From Cirrosporium novae-zelandiae (Eukaryota): DNA of 64,000 nucleotides. The notes beneath the pieces are model-generated. The model searched no databases. It saw nothing but the letters and a program-made list of their open reading frames with translations, and was not told the origin of the DNA. Location: the NCBI GenBank assembly GCA_026023565.1, contig JAPETS010000031.1, positions 124,001 to 188,000 of the forward strand, written 5' to 3'. A program made the translations under genes and the position numbers. Shown here piece after piece: positions 1 to 11,568 of this stretch (position 1 is its first letter; each line of letters starts with the position of its first letter).

Positions 1-27
1 TGTATTGTTCAGAGCCACACATATAAA

Positions 28-1802
28 ATGGCTGGTCGTCGACCACCTAGTGAAAGGGAGATGGTTTACTGCCATGCGTGTACGAATGAATGGTATCGGG
101 ATGAACATGGCCTAGAGTGCCCAGAATGCCGATCCGATATTGTTGAAATAGTGAGTCCACCAATTTTTCTTCATATTAGCTTGTAAGAGTTATATAAGGT
201 TGAATTTAGCTTTGATTCCTTGTCAAATTGATTGTTATACCATGATTCTGACTAGATATTTATTAGATTGACGAGGATGATAGCCCTTTTGCCCCCGCTC
301 CTCCAAGACACCCTCTTCAGGATCATAACCCTTGGTCAAGAGAACAAACTGATACAGGAAGTCCGGGAGGAGCAGTTTTCCAAATTCACGAAAGTAGAGG
401 TCCGGGTGCTATGCATTTTACGCGTATGACTTATCGTAGTGGTGGGGGGCATGATCCGCCTCGCGCAGGAAGTCCTGATAATGATGGAACGGCGCAACTT
501 TATCGAGAATTTAATACAATGCTGAGTGGTATAATGGGAGGGCCCCTGGGAGCACCCCGTCAAGGCGCACAAGGAGAACCACCACGTCCACCACCACGAA
601 TTGTTTACACTGGTGGTGAGCTACATCCTCGGGACGCCAATAATCCCCAGCCGGAGGTTGAGCCATTTACGGATCTGAATGGGTAAGGTTTCTATTCATT
701 CTTGGAGCTGCTTGACGTTTATCATGGTGTTATGAATTATCCATTCATTGTTTTACTGGCACTCTTGCAAAGCAAGGAATGGTGCAACATCCATTGATAA
801 AAACCAGTGGTTTATTATATATTCTTGATTCATTTCGGTGAGCGCATGCTGACCCAGGTTTGCAGGATATTTGGCGCTCTCTTTCGAGGCATGGCACCCC
901 CAGAGCAGGACAATCGCGACACCAGGGGAAACAACTTTCCTAATTCACCTTTTGATTTATTCGCCCGTCTCTTAAACCCTCAAAACATTCCGCATGGAGA
1001 TGTAGTATTTACTCAAGAAGCTCTGGACCGAGTTATTTCTGACCTTATGGAACAACACAACGGCAGTAATGCTCCGGGGCCAGCTTCGGAAAATGCCATT
1101 GTTTCTCTCCCCGAAAAGCCAGTAGAAAAAAGCATGCTGGGCGACGACGGCAATGCAGACTGTTCAATATGCATGGATGCTGTTCATGTGGGCACCATGG
1201 TGGCTGAATTGCCTTGCAAGCACTGGTTTCACAAAGATTGCGTCGCTGCTTGGTTACGGGAACATGATACTTGTCCGCAATGCCGTGCTGGAATCACACC
1301 CAAGACACCAGAACATACACAAAACCAGGAAGGAGGCTCACCTAGATCACCTGAAAATCCTCGCAACCGGCAAGAAAACCCCTTTTATCTCTTTAGCACC
1401 CCTCCACCGCCTGGTGGGTTTCCTTGGCCATTGAATTTCTCATCCCCTAATGGTGGTAGGTCAACAGGTTTACCTAGCGGGCCCCGGATACCAGGGGGAT
1501 GGCAAGAACCTCCTCCCGGTAGAAACGACCACTCTGCTTCTCAAAGTTCAAATCATCACGAGAGCCCCTCAGACCGACGCAACTCACATTCCGAGCCTAT
1601 AATGCCACAACCTCCATTCCGAACTCATCCTAACACTGATCGAGGTAGTCGACGACGCCGACGGTCGACAGATAGTACAGGTGATGACCGAAGAGAAAAC
1701 TATCGTGGAAACAATGACCAACAAGGCTGGAACGGTGGTGGCGTTTCGGGGTGGTTCAGAACTCATTTTGGCAATGGCAGTGGTGGCAGCGGTGGAAATT
1801 GA
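28..1802 (+). CDS. RING-H2 E3 ubiquitin ligase with N-terminal zinc ribbon (RNF115/RNF126-like), 3 exons
   Basis: ATG 28; exon 1 encodes YCHAC...CPEC zinc ribbon; introns 151-266 and 683-865 (GT..AG, frames join); last exon has CSICMD...LPCKHWFHKDC...WL...CPQCR RING-H2 and the ALDRVISDLME...PGPAS motif typical of the family. Confidence 0.9.
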
Positions 1803-2119
1803 TTTTTCGCTTTACCTTAGTATTTAAACATTTTGAGGCCCGGGCTCATGGCTGGGGTAATATTCTTGACCCTTGCCCCTTGGCCTTTACGGATGTTAGT
1901 ATTGTGTGCATTTATCCTTGGTGTTGTGGGTGTGGTCCCAGGTTCCGGTTCTGTTTAGGGGGGACCTTTGCCTACCTTACCTAACCTACCCTTTTCTCAC
2001 TCAAAATGAACTTTTGGACGTTACAGTAGGTGCACATCGAAAACCCAAAATTTCGACGTTATGACGGCCGCCCACTTCTTTTTTCATTCATTCGAGTAAC
2101 CTTTTCTTGTACTTGCCAT

Positions 2120-2210
2120 GACACACACACACACACACCTACGACCTCCAGCTCAGCCAGCCAGCCAGCCAGCCAGTCCTATCATGAGGGATCCATTCCA
2201 TTCCATTCAT
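2120..2210. repeat. Microsatellite cluster (CA)n, (CCAG)n, (TTCCA)n
   Basis: acacacacac..., ccagccagccag..., ttccattccattcc visible directly. Confidence 0.85.
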
Positions 2211-3214
2211 GATTTCTATGACGCTATTAACGAAATTTCTCACGACACGACACGACCTTTTTTTTATATTAATCTACCAATCAACAATTGTCTGCCATGA
2301 CCTGAAGGAGAGATATGGATCATGAAATGAATTATTATCATTATCATTATCATCATTCAGCCAACCAACTGATTCTACGGACTTGTTAGAGAGGGTGAGA
2401 GAGAGGAGAAAGAGAGAAAACGACTCTATTTCAGACTACTCTAATCTTGGCCTTGCCACATGCCCCCCGCCTACCCAACCAACCAACCAATATCTCCTTT
2501 CTTTGTTTTTCTATTCTTCTCTGTATCATATTTTCCTTTCCTTCTCACGTCTTCTTCTTCTCCTTCTTCTCCACTTACATCCTCCTCCTCCTCCTCCCCA
2601 TCCTCATCACAACCCACCCTTTCCGAACTACAAACTACAGTACCCCTAATCCAACGGATCTCATCTTGCCATGCCATTCCATACCGGGGGGGGTCTATTC
2701 AAATATCGAGATTGAAATTGGAATTGGAACTTTAGAATTTGGAACTTGGATCCCGGAATCGGGGTTTGAAATTTGGGGTTTTTTTTTTCTCATGGTCTAG
2801 AGGGGGGGGTTCTAAATGAACAGATGGGTATAAAGAGCACATGTGCATACATAAAAGTGGGAATTTGGGGATTTGGGAAAGAACGAGCACGAGAGTTAAG
2901 GGATCAAGGGGGGATGATTAAGACGAATGAATGAATGAATGAATATAAATGAATCTCTTAGTGTATCCATCTGTTATGCTATTGAGTGTATATATTTTTC
3001 TTTTCTTTTTTCCTCATGGAAGGAAGGCGGCTAGGTAGCTACATAGATTAAAGCACTCGAGGATTGATTGGGTTAACTAACTCCTGGGGGTTGGGGTTTT
3101 GCATTATTGCGTATTTTTATTGAAGGGTTCATTCTAAGGAGGTATAGTACTCGCAGGCTGAGGTTCTTGTTTGTATTAAAGAAAGCCTAAGTTAAGTTAA
3201 GTTCGTTACAGTAA

Positions 3215-4505
3215 TTAGACGACTGCGGTTTTCAACGCCGGAGCCACTACCGCTGCCGCTTTACTAACATCCTGCCCCTCCCCCCTCCCCCCCTTCTCCT
3301 CCTCCTCCTTAAACTTCGTCGCCCTCCCATAACTTTCCCTATACCCGCCCAAAACCGCATCTGCCACCGTGATGCCAGGATACCTCTTCCCATCCCCCCC
3401 AACGCCCTTCTCCCCCACCCTCTCACACCCCGGCAAACACTCAACCAGAAAATCCGGATTCCCCGACAAAAACACCGGCACCGAGTATCGCTCCCTTCCG
3501 GTTTCGTTGATCACGCGGTGCACGTTGCTGATGTACCTGTCGTTAGTCCAGCGCATGAATAAGTTTCCGAGGTTTACTACGTATGCGCCGCGGGTAGGGG
3601 CTACGGGATGCCAAGTTTTGGTGCCGTTGTTAGGGTTTGTGGAGAGGACTTGGAGGCAGGGTGGGGTGGTGGGGTCTTGGAGGAGGAGTGTTAGGGCTCC
3701 GAAGTCTGTGTGAGCGCCTATGCCTCTGGAGAGGGTGGTGGAGGAGTGAGCGGGCTGGGGTGGGTAGTGGAGTAGGCGCATGGTGGCGACGGCGTCGTTC
3801 ATGAATCCGTGGTGGAAGTACTCTGGGTCGAGATCTAGGGTCATGGCGAGGACTTTTAGCACGTCCGCTGCTAGGGCGAATACCGCGGTGTAGTATTCCA
3901 TGGTTGTTTTTTTGAAGGCGGAGAGTGGTAAGGAGGAGGAAGAGGGGTCTAAGGTCGAGGGCCAGAGGTTGGGTCCTGAGTTTAGTTTTCTTTGGACGGA
4001 GTAGGGGTGTGTTTTTGGGAGGTCGGCGCCTAGGTACAGGCTTTCTTTTAGGTCGGGGTGCGTGCCTGGTTCTAGGATTTGAGAGTAGGGGGGCTCGTAG
4101 CCGCGGTTGTAGGTGTTGGTTTCTAGGGGGTGGGGAAATGGGGGGTTAGTTTGGTGGGGGATGGATGGATGGATAGAGGTTTGGGGATGTTTGGTGTGGT
4201 GATGATTAGGTACCTTTGCTGATTTTCATCTTTTCTTCAATGGGCAGGTTGAAGAATTCCTTGCTGCATTTGAAAATTCCTTCCTGGAGGTCCTGGGGGA
4301 CCCTGTGCCCAACTATCTGAAAGAACCCGTTGTGCAAGCAGCATTCTTTCACTTGCTGGACGAGGACAGCTTTGGCGGCGCTATCGGTCCCATAAAATGC
4401 TAGTGGTGATAGCGTTCAGCGGAACATGTATACAGAATGTTGAAAGGGAAAGCATAAGTCATAGTACGTACAAGAAAAGTCCAGGATTGGTGGTGCCCCT
4501 TCCAT
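3215..4505 (-). CDS. 2-oxoglutarate/Fe(II) dioxygenase, IPNS-like (DIOX_N + 2OG-FeII_Oxy), 3 exons
   Basis: ATG 4505 (MEGAPPILDFS); introns about 4400-4471 and 4123-4213; NGFFQIVGHRV, NRGYE, LRLLHYPP-type motif, HTD..H iron triad (AHTDFG, NVHRV) and RYS 2OG-binding motif. Confidence 0.9.
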
Positions 4506-5158
4506 TGTGAAGCAGACGTTGATGGGTGTATGGATAAAAATCAATTACGAATAGAAAGAGAAAAATACAGGTTACTTTAAGAGTAATTTTGTAGAATATA
4601 TTTTTAAAAGAAGTTAATAGAAATAGGGAAGACAGGGAATATATGGCAAAAAAGCAGAGGAGGTCAGATAGAACGCATATCGGGCGAAAGTTACAGACTT
4701 TCATTGACACGGCCATGACAGCAACAACAGCTAGGAATGAACAATAGATGGCTACCTTGGACATGGTTTCTATCAATTGATTAGATGCGCCAAGGGTGGT
4801 GGTGGTAGTGGTGATGATGGTGGGTGAAGTTTGGAGATGGCAAAAATGGGGTTGCTTATGTTTATTGCCTGGGGCCACAACAGATAACGGTGGTTTATAT
4901 TTCAAGGTCCGGGGCATTTGGAGGATGGGGTCTCAAACAACGTTATCGCATCACCCAGCACGTCCAGGAACCAGGAGACATAGGGGCTTTCTTATCGGTG
5001 TGTGCGGCGTCATTAATTATCCGATCCATCATAGTTCAACCAAGTCCATCACTCTACGTACCGTGTAGCACTAGACTCGGTAAATATAAATATTCATACA
5101 ATGCAAAATAGCAAGAAATTATGAGTTACGAGTCGTTAAATTCATTGGATATTACAAG

Positions 5159-6526
5159 ATGAATTCCATTCGCCCTTTGACTTCTAATTTGTGCCGTCTC
5201 AAGCAAGCTCCTTTACGAAGCTTTTCGTCGTCAAGAGCTCTGAATGCTGATTTCACTCATGTGGTGCGCTAGAATCCTCAAGACTCGTCCCATACGATTC
5301 ATATCCTCAACGATATATCCTGAAATCGACCCGCTGACTCTGAGCCTTTACTCAGGTCATCGGTGCTGGCGTTGTGGGACTCGCCATCGCGCGGATGCTT
5401 GCCCAGAGAGATGGTACCTCTACCTTGTTGCTTGAGAAGCATGGCTCTGTGGGAACCGAGACTAGTAGCCGCAACTCAGAGGTAGGGATCATTTGCTCTA
5501 ATGTTACATGTCTAAACTTTCTCTAAAACCTTCTAGGTTATCCATGCGGGTCTCTATTACGGTTCAAACTCCCTGAAGACAGAGCTTTGTATCAAGGGCA
5601 AGCATTTGATGTATCAGCTGTGTGCCAAACAAGGAATACCGTATCGAAATACAAAGAAATGGATTGTTGCCCAGGACGAACAACAGTACAATGAGATTTC
5701 CAAAGTTCATGACCTTGCTCGCTCAATTGGAGTTCCAACTAAATTCTTAAGCATAGAAGAAGGAAAAAGGAGGGAGCCTGATGTACTAGCAAGAGTTGGA
5801 ATATTAGAGAGTGAGACAACTGGTATTGTCGACAGCCATTCCTTAATGACATATCTGGAGGGTGATTTCGAAGACAGGGGCGGTGATTGTGCATTCCTTA
5901 CGCCTGTCACCAGGATTGAACCTCTAGAGAATGGGAAGAATGGCTATCGCGTTTACACACGCAGCCAAGAAGGTGGTGAGGATGCAATTACAACCGAGGT
6001 ACTGATCAACAGCGCTGGGCTCTATGCATGTGGCATCAGCAACATGATATTACCTGAGTCGCGACACATAAAGCCATTTTATGCCAAAGGAAACTATTTC
6101 TCCTACTCAGCATCCCATCCAAAGCCCTCAACACTTATATATCCTGCTCCTACTCCAGGGCATGGAGGACTTGGTACACATTTAACTTTAGATATGGGTG
6201 GTCGTGTTCGATTTGGACCCGATGTCGAATGGGTCGATGATCCTACAGATCTGAAGCCGAACCCTTCACGGTTGGAAGAAGCTTATGGAGAGATTCAGAA
6301 ATATTTACCAAATGTTCAGCGAAATGCAATAGGCCTTGATTACTGTGGAATCCGACCAAAGCTAGGCAAAAAAGGAGCCGTTGCTTCAAGTAAAGAATTC
6401 CAGGATTTTTATATAAAGCAAGAAGAAGGGTTTCCTGGTTTCGTCAATCTACTCGCTATTGAAAGCCCAGGCTTGACAAGTAGTTTAGCTATTGCGGACA
6501 TGGTGAGCGAAATCCTCTATCATTAG
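5159..6526 (+). CDS. L-2-hydroxyglutarate dehydrogenase (FAD-dependent, L2HGDH/LhgO family), probably mitochondrial, 3 exons
   Basis: ATG 5159 with Arg/Ser-rich presequence ([26 protein letters not shown]); introns 5264-5355 and 5482-5536; [43 protein letters not shown] and [13 protein letters not shown] motifs. Confidence 0.9.
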
Positions 6527-6828
6527 CTCTTTATATGATGGCTATATCCGTCTGTTTTTGTTAACTTGCTTTCGATTTGGTTGGGAATATTTCTTTGTGT
6601 CCGAAAACGGTCAATTTGTCAGTTGAGAATGTCGAGGTAGAATAAGAAATATGATGATATTTTCTGATTGACAATGACCTATTCGAACAAAGCCCGGCTT
6701 CATTTTCTTCAATTTTTTTTATCAATTCGAGAATGTAAACTAGGTAATACCGATACTTATTTGGATATCTAGATATCTTCAATTTTTAAATTTAAGACTC
6801 AACGACACAGATATCTCAATTGAGGATT

Positions 6829-8091
6829 ATGTCGATTCCAAGGAACTCTTCTAATCCAGGCCCTTCTACTCAAGAACCATGGCATAGGAATGACCCATTC
6901 ATACGTACATATTGGACTGAGGAGCTATTTGAAAAATACGGAACCCTGGGGCCGGACAATTTCGAACGGACATATCTCACTAACCCTATACATCCCGTAT
7001 TTCAACCACTTGAAAGCAAGCCATGGGCTGTCAACGGCACGAGGCTAGCTAGTCGACTCTTAACCCTCCCTCAGCTAATGTGTTTTTGGTGGATGATTTT
7101 CGAACCATCACCACTCAAGCTCAACCAGTTATCGAGACAACTCGGATGCAATATCTTGTTGCTTAACCTACCAACATTTCCGCTCTCGGAAAGCCAGTGC
7201 GAAACTTTGGACTATAAAATGCAACTCGCTGGCACAGCAGTTGTGTGGAGCGATAGAACTATCGATCAAGCCTGGGGGCGAACCACTCGGTTGAATGACC
7301 AGGCTCCCAAACCTTTAGCGGGAACTAAATCTGTGATTGAGGTCCACTCAGTTTTCAGGGATTTAGACCCAGACAACAAAAATATGAAGGAATGGCAGAA
7401 AATTTGCGCGGAATTTATATTTGCAATGACTCTTGTTCATGAATTCGTGCACGCGGCATGGCTCGCGACATGGCCCTGCCCCGAACAGCTTGGCTATCCC
7501 CCAGGCACCCCTGAACCAGACCCTTACTTTGTAAGTTATAGCCGTTCCGAGCTGGGCCATTCGTGGGAACAGGAAACATTCCATAACAAATTTATGACAG
7601 GCGCAGAATTCGTTGATTTTAAACTTGGCTTAATGGTTGTCAAATGGCCGGACGGAGTCAGTGATGTACTTGGAGGCGTCAAGGTTGATTTGAAAATTAA
7701 GAAATGGAATACCTACTACTTGGTTCCGTTTAAATGGACGGCCTCGCTTTTCGAGGATCGATTCTGGACTACCACCGTTCGCAAATACGGCGTATCTGCA
7801 TTGAGACCGAAAAAGCGTATAGGAAGACGGATCTATAATTCAGAATGGATAATGCTGCACCAAAGACCAGATGGCACCGTTCCTTCTAGTTCCAGTCAGG
7901 ATGGCCTCTCACCCAATGATTCCAGTCGAGATAAACCCGTGGATGCAGACCTTTTTGTCAGGCTGGCATCTCCGCCTGCATCTTCGACTGAATCGAGCAC
8001 TGAATCGTCGCTTGAATCGGAGGACCTATTACTATCTTATAATCCAGAAAACGATGTGGGCTGGGGCGGGCTTGGCGGGATGCAACCTTAA
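6829..8091 (+). CDS. Hypothetical protein with HExxH zinc-metallopeptidase-like motif
   Basis: Single ORF of about 420 aa from ATG 6829; TLVHEFVHAAW followed by SELGHSWE (candidate third zinc ligand); no signal peptide. Confidence 0.7.
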   Translation: MSIPRNSSNPGPSTQEPWHRNDPFIRTYWTEELFEKYGTLGPDNFERTYLTNPIHPVFQPLESKPWAVNGTRLASRLLTLPQLMCFWWMIFEPSPLKLNQLSRQLGCNILLLNLPTFPLSESQCETLDYKMQLAGTAVVWSDRTIDQAWGRTTRLNDQAPKPLAGTKSVIEVHSVFRDLDPDNKNMKEWQKICAEFIFAMTLVHEFVHAAWLATWPCPEQLGYPPGTPEPDPYFVSYSRSELGHSWEQETFHNKFMTGAEFVDFKLGLMVVKWPDGVSDVLGGVKVDLKIKKWNTYYLVPFKWTASLFEDRFWTTTVRKYGVSALRPKKRIGRRIYNSEWIMLHQRPDGTVPSSSSQDGLSPNDSSRDKPVDADLFVRLASPPASSTESSTESSLESEDLLLSYNPENDVGWGGLGGMQP

Positions 8092-9516
8092 TCGAGCACG
8101 TTCAATTGGGCTGGGCGACCAATCGTTATATAACATAGATCCAGATACGTCTGTTAATCCGCAGCCTGCCCAAGGACTTTTGACTCCTTCGTTTCCGTCG
8201 TCTGGTCCACCGAAACGTCTAAGGGAGTCTACTACTAGTCCGCAACCTCCCCGACTACCTTCGGCCAGGAAAGCTCCAGATTCAAATATCAAACCTCCCT
8301 GACAACCTCCAGCCGTGTCGCAACAACCCCCAGCAGGACGTAGCCCAGTTCCATACAACCCTTTTCATGTGCAACTATCCTCCAAAACCTTCGGGGTTGT
8401 CGGTTCCATCGGACAATACCCCAGAGCCAAATCTCGAATCTCCCCAAGACCCTTCGACTTCTGCGATTTCGTCGGGTCTGACGAAATATCCAAGGGAGTC
8501 TAACAGTCTGGAACCTCCTTGACAGGACTTAGCACTGCTTAATCTAAAAACAGCGATACGCTCCAACCTCCCCCGACCCCCAACCAGGTCCAATCCATCA
8601 CACAACCCCAATCCCAACCCCCCTCAAACCCCTCCGTAGAATCTCCCGGTGCATCCTTCAACGACCTCTAAACTAACTTCCATCAAACCGAAGATCTCCC
8701 AGATCTAAATCCAAATTCCAGATCTTCTTCTGGAGAGCCTTAAGTTGGGGGGTTTGATGGATAGGGATCTTAATTCAAATGAATCGGCTAGTTAGAAGAA
8801 GAGGTTGATGAGGGGGTTTAGGTTTGAGTTTGGGGGGTTGCGTGGGAGGTGGGTTGTTCAGTGGGAGAAGGGGAGGGTTGGGGCTAGATATGTGTGTGTG
8901 CTATTAGGGCTGAAATTTCATTAGGGAGAACCTTCGAGTGAATTGGACCGGCTGCTGGACTTCTTTTTTCCCTCTTTCTTTCCCTTTTTCGAATGCTGGA
9001 CCTTGAATTAGTCGTTTATAACAGTTGTTATTATCGTTATATTTATCGTTATCGATGCTTTTGAAACGGGATTTAGGGGGGAGGGGGAGGGTTCTTCTCC
9101 ATGTACTGTACTCTGATCTTTTATGGGATGGGTGGTTGAGGATTCTTCTATTATGATTTTTTTCTTTCTTTTTTTGGGGGGGGGGGTTAGATTTGGGTGG
9201 TTGTGATTGTGACGGGGAAGGGTTTCTTTTTTTCGATATGTGTTGATTTTGATTTTGTAAGGATTATTATGCAAGTGAAAGGTCTATATTCGTCATAAGT
9301 TAAAAAAGAAAAAAAAAGGCCATATAGCTAGTAGAAATAGCAAAGCTAAGTAAAGTAACTAAGTAAGTCATGGAAATGGATATTCATTCTGATATTAATT
9401 ATTAAGACAGCAAGGTGAAAAAAAAAATGCAAAGTGCTCCTGAAGAAAGCAAAAAAAAAAATCCAAGTTTTTAATTCCTAGAAATAAATATACAGCAGCA
9501 GTAGAAAAAAGAATTT

Positions 9517-10808
9517 TTATTCCTCCTCAACTTCCTCCACCCGTGGTTTGAGGTCCCGTTGGATGGCTGCTGCTGATGATGCAATAGGCTCGGCAGATGT
9601 GGTCGTAGCTGTCGCTGTCGCTGCCTCGGGGGATTTGTTGCTATCTGATGGTGTTTCTGACTTCTTGGTTTTCTTGGCCTTCTTTTTCTTTTGTTTCACG
9701 TCCTGTAGTAACCCGGTCAGTGTTGTTCTGTAATATCGCGTATACAAACGAATATGTCTTATGTCTTACCTCTTGCCATCCCCAAAGGGGCCGGAATGAA
9801 TCGAAGAATCCCACATCTTCGAACAAGTTGGGGTAGAGCCATAACCCGGGTGGAACTGCAAAATACGTTATGCAGAAAAGAATTAATCGGAAAATTGCCA
9901 TGGCGAAAAATAGCGCAATCAGCCCTAGCAACCCCATGCTCAAGTACCACACACCAATCCTCAATGTTAGTGGCCACAGTGGGAACAGAACGAGAGCCAT
10001 GACACCAAGAAAGGCTCCACCCGCGATCAACTTGACCTTCCACTGTGGTCCAGTATATAGCCAAACGTAGTGCATGTCCGGTACGCAGTCTTGTTGTTGC
10101 TCCAACTTGACGGTCCACAGGCCTTTGACATGCTTTGGGCGCTTAGCCCCTGGGGTCTGAGGCGGATCGATTTTGGAGACACGAAGGGCAAGTAGGGACA
10201 TGGGGAGGAGTTTGAATGCTCTTTCGGCACTGGCGTCATCTGTAACTTGTGGGAGGAGCTTGTTCTTCTTGCAGGCTTTTTCGTAGGCATCGGACTGGAG
10301 GGCACGGAGAGCTCGCTTCACTAGAAGGGTGCATTAGCTATGGCCGGAAATAATAAAAAGTTGCGAAATAAATAATGCGATATAAATTTTAGAAGCACAT
10401 ACCTTTGAACATGTCTTTCCGTTGGCTGTCTAATATACAGGTCCTGCTCTTTAAATCTTGACTTCGCATCCATTTGGCTAGCGCTATCGCCTCTGGTTTT
10501 GGAGCTGTTCCAGGAACAATCTGTTGAAGATGTTGTTGTGGGCGCTGTGGCTGCCCTTGCTGTGGTGGTTGTTGTCCTTGCGCCGCCATCTGCTGCTGTA
10601 GCTGGTGTTGTTTAAATGCTTGTTCCCTCATGAACTGAATGTACTTTTCAGGAGTCATTCCATGTTTCTGAGCTTCCTGAGCGATCTGCTGCTTTTGGTG
10701 TTCAGCGAATTGCTGGGGCGTCATTCCTCGCTTGGCTGCTTCTGCGGCGAAGGCACGCTTGAATGCCTCCGCCTGAGCGGGATTAGGTTGTGGGGGAGCA
10801 GAGGCCAT
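9517..10808 (-). CDS. SEC62: Translocon subunit Sec62, 3 exons
   Basis: Q-rich N-terminus, LKSRTCIL...KRALRAL, two TM helices (LFPLWP; RLILF), GLWLYPNLFEDVGFFDSFRPLWGW signature, Lys-rich tail; introns 10321-10402 and 9703-9769. Confidence 0.95.
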
Positions 10809-11568
10809 GAAGTTAGAGAGGGGTTATGTAATGACCGTTTTCGTAGATTTATGTCGAAGAGTCGTGGGGGTTATTGAATAATGGTGTGGTGATGGGAGCT
10901 GGAAACGGCGATAAAATAGAAAAGGCCACGATTTGTTTGTACTGTATCATGGTGTAATTAATTAGTTGATGTGTATCGTAGTACTGTGTACTTTATTTGC
11001 AAACGCCTAGGGTGGGCCTATGCGCCTCAATAGCGTGAAGAGTGTGGCTTGGTTAGGTCCTTGGGAGGGGATAAGGCTGATACTATGAGTACCCAACTTC
11101 GGGTCTACCGGGTACCTAGGTACGGTATGCTTACCAGGTGCTTACCATTATTACCATTTTACATGACCCCCCGGGTTGCCAACTTGTGTTTAGTTGATAC
11201 CACGGTAACCGTTGTCTTCATCAATCCCCTGTCTATCTTTTGAATGGTTCGCGTCCATCTTAATCCTCCGCAATTGAACCCGCAATTCCCGGATCTTGAT
11301 CGAAAACATGCTCGAGCTCATCATACTTTCTTACACTTACAGACCTATATTTACCTTCTCCCCTCTCCTCCCTCTCCACTCCTCTCTCATCATGTCATTC
11401 ACATCGGAAAAAGTCCCTTGTTGCAATTCCTTTCTCATGGACAAGATCCCACCGTCGTCATTGGAGGAGGCGTGCCGCAATTGTTATCTGAACATTTCCA
11501 TGTATTTCTAATTAATCACTTACTTTAATTATAATCACCTTCGTCATCATTTCCTTTTTAACTCTCCA

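Noticed and set aside
6524..6540. Stop-codon readthrough or cryptic PTS1 for the metabolic enzymes
   Set aside because: No TGA-CTA context or SKL-like extension after the stops checked (L2HGDH, dioxygenase, oxidase).
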